Of a stretch of 64,000 bases of DNA, positions 11,101 through 23,847 are shown in pieces (position 1 is the stretch's first letter; each line of letters begins with the position of its first letter). A program made the position numbers and the translations under genes. This stretch comes from Mustelus asterias (lineage: Eukaryota): assembly GCF_964213995.1 (NCBI RefSeq), contig NC_135828.1, positions 30,504,001 to 30,568,000 of the forward strand. The letters are read 5' to 3'. Below the pieces are notes generated by a model. The model had not been told where the DNA came from. It saw nothing but the letters and a program-made list of their open reading frames with translations, and made no database searches.

Positions 11101-13440
11101 CTCCCTGTCTGCTCGGAACATTGACCTGTAGAACTCTAGACAGACATTCTGTGAAAATCTGCCACCTCTCTTCAGTACATTTCCCCAAGAATACCTCCTT
11201 CCAATTTACTCCTCTAATTTGCTGCCTTATGTCTTCATATTTCTCCTTACTCCAAATAAATGCTTTCCTAGCTTGCCTGATCCTCTCTTTTTCTAATGCA
11301 AGCATAAAGGAGAGAGAGTTATAATCGCTTTCTTAGCTTGCCTGATCCTCTCTTTTTCCAATGCAAGCATAAAGGAGATAGAGTTATGATCGCTATCCCC
11401 AAGATGCTCTCCAACTGAGAGATCTGACACCTGTCCAGGTTCATTGGTCAGTATCAGATCAAGTACAGCCTCTCCTCTTTTAGGCTTGTCCACATGCTGT
11501 GTCTGGAAACCCTCCTGAACACACCCAACGAACTCCTCCACTTCCAATCCCCTTAACCTAGGGATATTCCACTCTATGTTTGGGAAATTAAAGTCTCCCA
11601 TCACAACTACTCTGCTATTCAGGTTCTATTCAGATGCTATTACTGCATCTCTCCAGGGTCTGTTTCCGTATCTGCCCTCCACCTCCCTGTTACTATTGGG
11701 CGGCCTATAGAAAACTCCCAGCAAAATGATGGACCCGTTCCCACTCCGAACTTCCACCCACAGAGACTCTGTAAACAATCCCTCCACAGCATACACCTTC
11801 TCTACAGCTGTGACACTATCCCTGATCAACAGTGCCACTCCACCCCCTCTCTTGCCTCCCTCCCTGTCCTTCCTGAAACATCTGAATCCCGGCACCTGGA
11901 GTATACAGTCCTAACCCTGAGACATCCAAGCCTCCGTAATGGCCACTACATCACACTTCCAGGCATCGCTCCATGCTCTGAGCTCATCCCCTTTATTCAC
12001 TATACTCCTGGCATTAAAGTAAACACATCTCAATCCTTTGGTCTGAGCTCTCCCCTTCTCTATCCCCCGTCCATCCTCCCTCATGCATTGTCTATAACCC
12101 TTCTCTGTTTGCGAGCTAACTTCCTCACTCCCTGTCTGCTCATCTCGATCCCCTCCTTTAAACTCTCCCCAGTAGCCTTAGCCAACCTTCCCGCCAGGAT
12201 ATTAGTCCCCCTGGGATTCAAGTGCCACCCGTTTTTTGTGTACAGGTCAGACCTGCACCTAAAGAGGTCCCAATGGTCCAGGAACCTGAATCCCTGCCCC
12301 TTGCACCAGTCCCTCAGCCACACATTCATCCTCCACCTCACACAATTCCGGCTCTCACCTTCCCGTGGCACAGGCAGCAATCCTGAGATTACTACCTTTG
12401 CTTTCCTCCTTCTCAGCTGTCTCCCTAATTCCCCATACTCTCTTTTCATGACCCCTTCCCCCTTCCTACCCACATCAGCGGTACCAATATGTACCGCTAC
12501 CTCTGGCTCCTCTCCCTCCCAGCTCAGGATCCCTGGGAGTCGACCAGCTACATCCTGGATCCCGGCACAAGGGAGGCAGACCACCATCCGAGACTCCCGT
12601 CTGCCTCCGCAAAAACGCCTGTCCGACCCCGTTACTGTCGAGTCCCCGATGAACACTGCCTTCCTCCACTTTTCCTTAGCCCTGTGAGTTACAGGGCTGG
12701 ACTCCACTCCGGAGACACGGCCACTGCTGCTTCCCCCAGGTGGGCTGTCCCCCCCAGCAGTACTCAGGCAGGAGTACTTGTTGTGTAGGGGCACATCCAC
12801 TGGGGTGCTCGCAATCCCCGAGCATTACCCTTCCTGACCGTCACCCACTTGGCCTCCTCCCGTGGCCCTGGTGTGACCACCTGATGATAGCTCTTGTCTA
12901 TCACCTCCTCATTCTCCCTTACCAGCCTAAGATCCTCGAGCTGTTGTTCCAGCTCCCTAACATGGTCCCTCAGGAACCGCAGCTCGACACACCCCTCACA
13001 GATGTGGATGTCTGGGAGGCCAGGTGTCTCCACGACCTCCCACATCCTACACTGGGAACAACACACTGACTTCACACTCGTATTTGAACCTTTTTACCAA
13101 GGTACCCAGAGAAATGTAAATAAGAATTAAAAACAATGAATTAAAAACTCACCCCTGCTCGCCCTTTCCCCCGAAGCCCTGTGAGCCAAAGCCCTTACAG
13201 CTCACACTCTGCTTCCCACTCACTATGCTGCCCGCACCCGACGCTGCCCGCTCTACAACCTTTTAAAACTCCCGCGCGTTTAAAAAGAAACTCTCAGCCC
13301 TTCCCAGGCCACCGCGCGGCCTACTTCCGGGTTAAAGGTTAAACTCGGGAATTAAAAAAAATAATTAATTAACAGAGAAACCCCTCAAAAAGTAAGGAAA
13401 AAAAATGATATCTCTTACTCACAGTACTCCTGCCACAATT
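8188..13440 (-). mobile_element. Near full-length CR1 LINE (5'UTR, ORF1, ORF2 APE+RT), frameshifted, interrupted at 8943-9834
   Basis: ORF1 fragments CxxC/HxCxxC (12764-13075) and SGNH esterase IGDS/HIGT/GWHLN (12081-12800). APE motifs GVALL, GDFNFP, SDH. RT fragments 9833-10918 and 8263-8934. (TTTCTATG)n tail at ~8188-8210. 5' boundary approximate. Confidence 0.9.
8943..9834 (+). mobile_element. CR1-type LINE 3' fragment nested in the opposite-strand LINE
   Basis: RT C-terminal ORFs 8983-9738 and a (TTCTTATG)n tail. Host sequence ATCCCATTTG|ACCTGC rejoins across it. Confidence 0.88.
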
Positions 13441-15679
13441 CGCTCCTCTCAGCCTTGCTCCAGACGAACAATGAGAAGAAACGTTTGCTCTATTCCCTCT
13501 CCATCGATTTTGTCAGACCTACTGAGTTTTTCCAGCATTTGTTATTGTTTTTGATTCCAGCATCGGCAGTATTTTGCCTTTGTCTTAATATTTTTCTTTC
13601 ATTGATCCACTCGCGGTGAGCCTAGTTTTTTCTATGGATGCTATATGAACGTTAAGTCTCGCAAGGTCCATGACGTTTACGGTTGGCGTTTGATCGTCAG
13701 TCGCTTGAACATAACCCTGCCATTGCATTTTCCAATAGAACATCTCAACATCTTATTTATTTTTGTCAGGTGCATTTTATCATCTGATTGCATCGATGAG
13801 ACAGGTGCACGTCGCCCACACAGTGCGGAGTCTACGCGGAGACAGCGAAAGATTAGACTGACCAGTGGGGCATAATGGTCCCGATGGACCCAGTTGCATC
13901 CAACGGCACACCAAGCGAGTAATGGATGGAACGTCCGTGAAGTGAAAGGAGGTGAGTGAAGCGCCTGATGTTCATGTGCACATTGCTGTTCGACCGGGGC
14001 TTGGGGTGAAAATAGAAAAAAAAACAACTTTATTATGCTTCTCTCAAGGGATCTGGATGTTGCTCTCTCGGCCAGTCTTCATTGTTAATCTTTAGTTATC
14101 ATTGAGAAGATAGTAGTGCGCTGTCGTTGGTGCTGATGTTCTCCCTGTGGTGTACGTACAGACGCAGTGATGTAAGGGAAGGAACTCCAGGATTGTTGTT
14201 GGACGTCAGTCCAAGTGGTGCACCCACAGTACTGTTCGGGTGGAAGTTCCACGATATTCAAACAGAAATAATGAAGGAGCAGTCACGTGGTTCTAAATCA
14301 GCATTTGTCTGTTTTAGTGAGGACTTTGCAGATGGTGATACACCTATGTTTATGCTGCAGTTGTTCTTCAAATGTAAAACACGAGTATTTGAATGTGCTG
14401 AGGAATAAGACTTGTAGACTGTTCACGCTGCTCACACTGCGCGTCATTGTTGTGGGGAGGGAATATTTAAGGGCATGGTTGTCTTGTCAATCAAGTGGGC
14501 TATTTTGTTCGGGATGGTGCAACACTTCTTACGTTCTGTTACATCGTCACTCACCCAGAGAAGTGGGGGGTGCTCCATCAGACTCCTGACTTGTGCCTTT
14601 CAGATTTTGGACAGGCTATGTGGAACCAAGTAGTCTGCTACATTTTGCAGAATGCAAAGTCTCGGACGTGCTATTATCTGCACCATTATTTAGGTGATTG
14701 ATACTGTTCAGTTCACGCCCATTTGTAACCACAGTTATTGTTCACAAGATATTGATAGTGGAAGATTCAACGATCGCAATGCCTTTGAATGTCGCCGGGA
14801 AATGGATGAATGCACTGTGTTGCAGATGGCCATTGCCTGGTACTTGTATGGCACGAATATCACCTGCCGCTTATTTGCAGAAGACTGAATGTTTCCCAGG
14901 GCTTGCTACATCTGGGCATGGAATACTTCATATCTGAGGAATGGCGAATTGTGCTGAACATTATGAAATCATCAGCTAGCGCTCCCAATTCTGACTTTCT
15001 GATAACGGAAATGTAACTGATGAAGCAGCTGAAAACGTTTTGCCGTGGACACTATCGACTAGAACTCCAAAATGTTGCCCAGAGACCAATATGTTTCCAT
15101 GGTGCTCGCTATTCTTTAGACGAATGGGGAATTTCCCCCAGATTCCCATTTAATCCAGTTTTGCTGGGGCAATTGATGTCACATTGTGTCAAAAGCTGCC
15201 TTGATATAACGGGTTGCCAGTCTTGCGGTGCCTCTTGAGTTTAGCTCATTTATCTGTTTTTTAGCCAAGGCTGTAAAGAGTTCATGTTTGAAGTGGCCTT
15301 GGAGGGAAACAAACCCAGCTCAATGAGCACGTCATTGCTGAATAAGTACCTGTTGATATCATTACCGAAGACCAATTCCACTATTAGCCAAACAAGCCAA
15401 AATACATCTACTGTCTTCAGCATAACGCTCCACGTATCACACCGACCTATTAGATACATGTTAGAAGACAAAATAAGTGTCGGGAACGCACCAATTTAAT
15501 ATCGATATTAATTAGCTCGATGGGGGAACTGCATGCATTGCAGCAGAATTGATGGTGGCACGAGAGAACTGAACTTCACGATACTAAATGTAATGCGACC
15601 AATGTGCTGCAATAAATGTAAATCACAAATCATATAAAAATCCGGATTAATCGCAGAAGATGTGTGAGAGGCTGAAAAA

Positions 15680-16800
15680 CAATCCTTTCACGGTTTTGGG
15701 ACATCTTCGAAAAGCCTAGGTATTCAATTCTACACAGATAGGACAGGAAGGTTAGATGACGCACAGTAATGTTTTTAGTATCATCCAGATCACTATTGCG
15801 CTCCTGAACAGAATAAATGTGGAACTGGTCCCTATCTACATCAATGAATCGGATGACGAAACCGAGTGCTTGGCAAGCACATTGGTTGGTGACGCAAGGA
15901 TAGGAAGGTAAACCTATTTGCGGATGACATAAATAATCTTCAAATGCTTTTTGACCAAATAAGCACGTGGATAATATTTGCCAGATTTACTATGAGGAGG
16001 AATAGTATGTGGTTTCGCAATTTGGATGAATAGAAGGGAACTATATTCTTTAAATAGAGGTATACTTCAAAACGCGGCAGAACAGTGGCTTTTGCGGTCG
16101 AATACATAATCAGAAGAATTAGCATGCAGTTACAGGAAATAATTAGGAATTCAAATATAATGTTCATCCTTATTGTGAGGGGTGGAGTATAAAAATAAGC
16201 AGGGTTTGTTACCATAGTACAGAACATTGGTGAAACTGTGCTTGGAGTACTATGTATAGCACCAATCTCCTCATTTGAGGATTGGTACACATAAATTGGA
16301 ATCAGTTTAGAGAATGTTCATCAGGCTGATCACAGGGATGAAGAGTTAGATTTATGAACGAAGGTTAAGTAGTTTCAGTCTCTACTCAGGATTTTAGAAT
16401 AATTGGCGATTACCTTATTGAAATGAAAGCGAATCAGAGGCAGCTGAGCACAATAGTTGCTGAGGCCTACTGGGGGTGGGGGGGGGGGATCTTGGGAGTT
16501 CTGGGAGAACTTTAACGAGGAAAAACAGTTTAAAGTAAGGGATCTTAGGCTGAGGTCGAACAGAAAGGGGGTATATTTTCTCAGATCGTCGTTAGTTTTG
16601 AAACTCTCTACCCAAGAGAGAAGTGCAGGTTAGGTCATGGAATAGTTTCAAGGTTGAGATGGATAGATTTTTCATCTATAAGGGCGGCAGACACTTGGGC
16701 TGAAGGCCACTATGAGAGCAACATTGTCTTACTGAATAGCGGCACAGTCTTGCGGAGGAAGAGAGGCTTATTTCTGCTCCGAAAAGTTCAGATTCCATGC
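15680..16800 (+). mobile_element. Old, highly decayed CR1-type LINE 3' fragment
   Basis: Recognisable remnants of the RT 3' end (e.g. TTGGAGTACTATGTATAG, TTCAAGGTTGAGATGGATAGATTTTT). Boundaries approximate. Confidence 0.55.
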
Positions 16801-19800
16801 CGTTACAATGACTTGGAACCAATGCGAAAACGTGCAAATAGTTGAAACTCTGGTTTGAAAAGGAAAGCGAAGTACGGAAAGATTGGCCTATTATTCAAAT
16901 TTCTCGGAATATTAGCAATTAAGTTATGAGCTCACAATGCCAATATTTGTCAACCACAAATATCACCATGCTCAAACATACTGCTGCTTTATGTCTGTTA
17001 CGCGTACTAATGCATTAACACAAACCTATACACCTTGTTTGAAGCAATAATATTTTGTACTGCGTTATATCATACGTCTTTGTGAAATTGAAGTACATTG
17101 CTTCCACCGTTCCCTCTCTATCTGCACGACATATTACCTCCTCAAATTAATTATATTAAAGTTTCAGGCACATGGAAACTTTCAATTGAAAATGGCATCT
17201 ATGTTCTAATGTTAGATCATGTTAGTAGGTTACTAATATGAAATCTAGCTGCGGTGATTTGATAACATTTGAAATCCTAACAGGGCAAGTTGGGAACTTA
17301 AATTCTGCACATTCAATAAATCCAAGAGAATAGCCAATTTTAGCAATGGCGTCCAGATTTCGGCTGGAAAAAAAAAATTGACATCATTGTCCTGTCGGGT
17401 ACGTAATCCGACGTCGTTATCTGGTCCGAAATACCATTGGATTCACAGCTGCAGCGAACTCGTTGAGACATAACTGTTCTCTTTAGTAGCCGGGTCCCAC
17501 CCTCCAATGGAACCGGAAATGCGCATTCAATACTGGACTTATGAATCACGCCCATGCCAATTGAATGAATGAAGTAAAATGTCAGGGAGATATTTGCATA
17601 GTGTTATTGGTAATCCAGAGATCCAGGGCAATGTTCCGGGGAGCTGGGGTCGAATCCCATTACAGCAGCTGTAAATTATTATTATTTTTTAAATATGGGT
17701 TGCCATTCACAAAAAAAACTTCTTCACTAATGTCCTTTCGAAAACGAAATCTGACAGAAATTTACATGTAGCCACCATATGGTTCACCCCTAGCTGCTCT
17801 CGTTCTGAAATGGCCGAGCAAGCCACTCAATCCAAGGGCATTTAGGGATGGGCAACAAATGCTGGACCAGCCAGCGACTTCCACATTCCATTAAGTAATG
17901 TTTAAAAGTAAAGCTGTCATTTTGAGCGCAATACAAGCTTGGGACGAGCGACGTGCCGAACAGCAAAGATCGCTGGATCTTTGAATCACTGAAGCCACCG
18001 AAACATGCTACAGATGAGACGTCCCAACTCATTCGTTATTTAGTGTCACGGTACCTTCCTTCAGCTCTTCCCCTTTTTCCGGTACCTTCCTCCGCTTTCC
18101 CCTTTTCAACGACATAAAGCCTTCCTTTCAAGAATAATATTCGACTCCAATCGGTAATTAATTCTCTTTGTACGGCACGGACGCTGCAACACCTATTCAC
18201 CATTTCCAGTCCTTCTGATTTATTTCCTTTTTTCATATTTCCTCCACCCGCTGCAATTTGCCTTTGGACTGCGACATTTGCATTTCGATGTCAATATATC
18301 TGTGATGAAACACTTCCTGAACAATGATGTTGCAATAACTTGCTTTTGCATACTTTCAGGTGCACTGTTAAATTCAGTCCTGCTGAGGTCTATGCATCTT
18401 AGATCCAGGACAAGTGGAGGTGCATGGAGGTTGCCTTTGCTGACATAGTATGGCCGTCTTTATACGAGACGACAAATCATACGCACAGCTTACAGACAAT
18501 TAATAGCACTGACTTAGTCATGTCTAAGGCATTGGTGCAGTGGTATTGTAACTAGTAATCCAGAGACCCAGGGTAATTCTCTGGAGATCTAGTTTAAAAT
18601 CTCACCATGGCTCATGGTGAAATTTGAATTCAATAGAAATCGGGAACTAACAGTCTACCGATTACCATGAAACTATTGCCGATTGTGATTAAGAAACATG
18701 TAATCCACTAATGTCCTTTAGGTAAGGAAATCCCGGATCTTTCCTTGGTCAGACACACGGAAATGAGATTTACTCTTGACGCCAGCGATGCCAACATCCT
18801 ATGAATGATTAATTTTAAAAAAGGCTTTGTTGCACGAGTTGGAAGTGCAGGCTCGCAGTCATGAGCATGAATACATTGTAGTTCCTTTGCCCACCAATGG
18901 GTGGGGGTGGGTGGGGTGGGGGGGGGGTGGAGGAAGGTTGAGGGGGCGGGGGGGGGGAGGGAGGAGTTTGGTGGGGGGAGGGGTGTCACAAAAGCTGCTT
19001 GAACATTTTTTCATTGAATCAGATTGACCAACTTTTACGGGTTTTTGAAGGCTTGCGTGAAAAAACGTCCGTTTATTTCAAACATATCATCAGCTTGAAG
19101 CCAATTCTACTTTGACCTCGGGTCGATATTGTAGCTCTACATAAAATGGAATATACTTTTGGAGTTATTGTGCGTTGCCGTTCAGAGAACATATCAGTCA
19201 GCTTGTGCATAGCCAGCTACCACGAACAACAATGTAAAAAAAGCTCAGCTGACCTGCTCGAGAGAATTAGGTTATGCCGCAGGATAGTGTGAGAATTCTC
19301 ACTCGCCTCTTTCAACTGTTGATTATGGGATCTATTCAGTGCATCTGGAAGAAGGGGCAGTGTTCACTCATTGCAAATCTTTTGACAGTCTAGTATGTCG
19401 TCACACTTAACTTACACAGTGTAGCACTAGTTCAGTCCGAAGTTTCCATCATTGCCGACCGCCTTCGATGCTACTCCTTTCACAATACAGCATTCGTAAA
19501 ATGCTAGCCCTCTGACAATGCAGCAGGGCATCGTCGCTGACCGAACTATTGTGTGAAACTCCCTCAGTGCTGAACGATCGCGAAACATGGCTTTCTGTCA
19601 ATTCTTCTCCTCCAATAGTGTAACACTCGTGTCTGCGTTTACGTGCTTCAAATACCGAATCATTCATTCTATTTAAACTGTTAAAATAATTACTCTCGAT
19701 CTCTTCTATTGAATGGTATAGAAGCATCCCTCTTCCGTGCTTTACCTTAGGTGCATATTGGTTTTTGAGGTCTACACTAGCCTCGCATATTTCGACTGTA

Positions 19801-19998
19801 TCTCAACCCTCAAAAATGTTCGTGCTTCTATCAACGCTCACGTCCCTCATAATAACATTATAAACAACAGATCCAAGTATTATTTTCTCCTTTACTTCTC
19901 TAACCAACCTCCCTGGAGACGGACTCATTATTTGCGCCTCACATCATCCCTTGCGGTCATGAGTTCCAATTTCTTCCCAGATCATAACTAAAAACGGA

Positions 19999-20336
19999 GG
20001 GTGGCACGGTAGCGCAGTGGTTAGCACTGCTGCTTCACAGCTCCAGAGTCCCGGGTTCGATTCCCGGCTCGGGTCACTGTCTGTGTGGAGTTTTCACATT
20101 CTCCTCGTGTCTGCGTGGGTTTCCTCCGGTTGCTCCGGTTTCCTCCCACAGTCCAAACATGTGCGGGTTCGGTTGATTGGCCAGGTTAAAAAAAAACAAT
20201 TGCCCCTTAGAATCCTGAGATGCGTAGGTTAGAGGGCTTAGCGGGTAAATATGTGCGGGGAGGGCCTGGGTGGGATTGTGGTCGGTGCAGACTCGATGGG
20301 CCGAATGGCCTCCTTCTGCACTGTAGGGATTCTATG
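19999..20336 (+). mobile_element. tRNA-derived SINE, well preserved
   Basis: Pol III A box (TAGCGCAGTGG), B box (GGTTCGATTCC) and a LINE-like 3' end GGGCCGAATGGCC..GATTCTATG. Confidence 0.88.
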
Positions 20337-21424
20337 AAAAACCTTTCTGCTAATTGCTTAAATAAATTAATGGTTACTTTCAGATATTAGTGACTGCTAA
20401 TTATAGACTCCCTCACCACTTCGCTACCTATAAACGTTACAATTTTACATAGCTCTGTCAAGTCAAAATTAGCCTCCCCCTTCACATAGAAAAGAATGCC
20501 AGGTTGTTCAATCACTGCCGATAAGTAAAACCTTTCCCTGTCTTTATATTATCATTGTTCCACCTGTCTGAAGTATTTTTGCAATTACTTTGTAAAAATT
20601 GTTAGAACTATGCACAGTACCCTGCAAGTGGAATCGCAAAACTTATATATATAATATAATCATATATTTATATATATATAAAATCTCCCATAGTTCCATT
20701 GCGTTCGTGATCTATTATAAAGTGCGTTGCATTCATATTTTATAACGTCATTGCACAGGGGGAAAAAAAAGACATTGCACTTACATCATGACTTTCAAAT
20801 CGGTGTCTTTGGAAAATACCTTGACGCCCCAGTCCTAATCCTTAAATCGCCGTCTGGCTTTATTGATAAACTCGTCTTTAAAGCTCCTCAGCTCGCACAG
20901 TCGCACGTTTAATTCAGTTGAAAGCCAACCACGGTAAATGAGAAGAAACTGATAGAGCTCGCAATGAAACACTGCTCTAACAGGTGTTCACCATTCGGGC
21001 TCGTTTGAAGAAAGATCAGTTAAATATATAAGAGCTTACGCATGTCACCATGGCATCTGGACAACCTGTACACCCTTTGCTTTGCAAGAATACAATAATC
21101 TGAGTGATAACTCAAGATGGTGAAAGGTGTAGGATGGCACAACCTACTGGGTGCGTTGTATTTCAGAAGTAACAGCTGATGCCTTTCACCCCACGGGCCT
21201 TGCCAAAAGGAGAATTCAAGTAATCAAGAGGCTATACGTCGATGCGCTGGGGGGCAGTGGGCGATACTACGGTGAGAAAGGAACGATACAGAATGTGAGA
21301 AAGAGCAACGGGGAGAGGAGAAGGTGGGGAAGATGGAACAAAATAAAGAAAGAATGGCAGAAAAATGTCAAGAAGAAAGCTGGAGAACAAAAAAAAGAAT
21401 AAAAGGAAATAAGTTAGCAACAAA

Positions 21425-22950
21425 NNNNNNNNNNNNNNNNNNNNNNNNNNNNNNNNNNNNNNNNNNNNNNNNNNNNNNNNNNNNNNNNNNNNNNNNNNNN
21501 NNNNNNNNNNNNNNNNNNNNNNNNNNNNNNNNNNNNNNNNNNNNNNNNNNNNNNNNNNNNNNNNNNNNNNNNNNNNNNNNNNNNNNNNNNNNNNNNNNNN
21601 NNNNNNNNNNNNNNNNNNNNNNNNNNNNNNNNNNNNNNNNNNNNNNNNNNNNNNNNNNNNNNNNNNNNNNNNNNNNNNNNNNNNNNNNNNNNNNNNNNNN
21701 NNNNNNNNNNNNNNNNNNNNNNNNNNNNNNNNNNNNNNNNNNNNNNNNNNGAGGGGGCGGAAGGGAGGGACGGAGGAAGGGAGAGAGGGAGAAAGGGAGG
21801 GAGGGAGGAAGGGAAGGAGGGAAGAAGGGAGAGAGGGAGTAAGAGGGGGAGNNNNNNNNNNNNNNNNNNNNNNNNNNNNNNNNNNNNNNNNNNNNNNNNN
21901 NNNNNNNNNNNNNNNNNNNNNNNNNNNNNNNNNNNNNNNNNNNNNNNNNNNNNNNNNNNNNNNNNNNNNNNNNNNNNNNNNNNNNNNNNNNNNNNNNNNN
22001 NNNNNNNNNNNNNNGGAAGGGCGGGAGGGAGGAAGGGGCGGCCGGGAGGGAGGAAGNNNNNNNNNNNNNNNNNNNNNNNNNNNNNNNNNNNNNNNNNNNN
22101 NNNNNNNNNNNNNNNNNNNNNNNNNNNNNNNNNNNNNNNNNNNNNNNNNNNNNNNNNNNNNNNNNNNNNNNNNNNNNNNNNNNNNNNNNNNNNNNNNNNN
22201 NNNNNNNNNNNNNNNNNNNNNNNNNNNNNNNNNNNNNNNNNNNNNNNNNNNNNNNNNNNNNNNNNNNNNNNNNNNNNNNNNNNNNNNNNNNNNNNNNNNN
22301 NNNNNNNNNNNNNNNNNNNNNNNNNNNNNNNNNNNNNNNNNNNNNNNNNNNNNNNNNNNNNNNNNNNNNNNNNNNNNNNNNNNNNNNNNNNNNNNNNNNN
22401 NNNNNNNNNNNNNNNNNNNNNNNNNNNNNNNNNNNNNNNNNNNNNNNNNNNNNNNNNNNNNNNNNNNNNNNNNNNNNNNNNNNNNNNNNNNNNNNNNNNN
22501 NNNNNNNNNNNNNNNNNNNNNNNNNNNNNNNNNNNNNNNNNNNNNNNNNNNNNNNNNNNNNNNNNNNNNNNNNNNNNNNNNNNNNNNNNNNNNNNNNNNN
22601 NNNNNNNNNNNNNNNNNNNNNNNNNNNNNNNNNNNNNNNNNNNNNNNNNNNNNNNNNNNNNNNNNNNNNNNNNNNNNNNNNNNNNNNNNNNNNNNNNNNN
22701 NNNNNNNNNNNNNNNNNNNNNNNNNNTGGAAGGCAGGAAGGAAGGGAGGTCAGCNNNNNNNNNNNNNNNNNNNNNNNNNNNNNNNNNNNNNNNNNNNNNN
22801 NNNNNNNNNNNNNNNNNNNNNNNNNNNNNNNNNNNNNNNNNNNNNNNNNNNNNNNNNNNNNNNNNNNNNNNNNNNNNNNNNNNNNNNNNNNNNNNNNNNN
22901 NNNNNNNNNNNNNNAGGAAGGGAGGAAGCAACGAAGGAAGGAAGGCATAT
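21425..22950. repeat. Assembly gaps within a GA-rich polypurine simple repeat
   Basis: N runs interspersed with GGAA/GGGA-type purine-rich islands. Confidence 0.85.
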
Positions 22951-23322
22951 AAAGATAAGGACGTTGTGAATTGTGGAAGTGTCGAACGATGTAATTGTAC
23001 TCCTATTCTTCTGTACCAGAATTGAGTGGGTTGTACGGTTCTCCTAGTTTTCCAGTGCAACGGCCTCGAGCGGACCTGATTGGAAGCTGGAAGTCGCTAA
23101 ATGACCTCTTCCTATTCCTACTTCACTCGCTCTGCTTGGTTCAATGGCCATTACCCATCCTTGCGCTCCAGGCTAAAGAAGCTTTTTTCATTGTCTTTCA
23201 AGACAGAATATGATTGTCCACTCACTGTGGTACAACCAACCTCCACCCATTCATCTTTTTTGGTATTACAAACAGAGTCCCTCAGAGCAGAGTTGTGAGG
23301 CGGAGCCTCGAAAACTTTGTGT

Positions 23323-23350
23323 TCTTTTTGTATGAGATGATATCACCGTG
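23323..23350 (+). promoter_or_regulatory. 5' 12-RSS of TRBD
   Basis: TCTTTTTGT, 12-bp spacer, CACCGTG. Confidence 0.92.
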
Positions 23351-23362
23351 GGACAGGGGGGA
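23351..23362 (+). CDS. TRBD: T-cell receptor beta diversity segment
   Basis: GGACAGGGGGGA, near the pan-vertebrate D-beta GGGACAGGGGGC. Open in three frames (GQGG / DRG / TGG) and flanked by 12- and 23-RSS. Confidence 0.95.
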
Positions 23363-23401
23363 CACTGTGATATAATCCAAAGCAGCCGCTGTACAAAAAC
23401 C
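23363..23401 (+). promoter_or_regulatory. 3' 23-RSS of TRBD
   Basis: CACTGTG, 23-bp spacer, ACAAAAACC (perfect nonamer). Confidence 0.95.
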
Positions 23402-23847
23402 TCTCAGGAGATGTGCTGCATATCAGTGGCAAAGGAACTAACGGCGTCAACATCACAGATGGACTGTTGAGTGATCTGTGTTATTTTCAACTTAATTTTC
23501 TACTGGAACCGTTTGCCCTTACAAGCAATGATTTCTTTCCTTAACAAAATAGTCATTCTTTGTATAATCTTTACCTGAATACTGGTTATTTCCCAACCGC
23601 AACTCATCCTGGGGCATACTCTCAATCAACAGCATAAGAAATTTCTCGGCCATTTTCAGTGAGATATACCATGACGAAATTTGACTATTTCTTCCTTTTT
23701 GTAGTGACCACTTTGTTATTAAAAAGGCCACTGGAGAAAATGTTCTTGGACATCCTGCTGCCCGGGCCTCTGCCACATACTTCTTGGACAGTCGAATATT
23801 TTGCAACACTTTCCGACGGGGTTGATGTAAAATGACCTGTTGACGTG

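Noticed and set aside
13770-13951. Exon-like segment (TTTTGTCAG..AG|GTGAG) containing CACAGTG at 13819
   Set aside because: Stops in all three frames, no nonamer at 12 or 23 bp, no Ig or trypsin motif
14140-15400. Probable very old minus-strand LINE remnant
   Set aside because: Too decayed to assign a family or boundaries by eye
19999-20075. tRNA-like A and B boxes
   Set aside because: These form the head of a multi-copy SINE, not a tRNA gene
21368-23060. 526- and 548-aa ORFs
   Set aside because: Artefacts of translating N gaps and GA repeats
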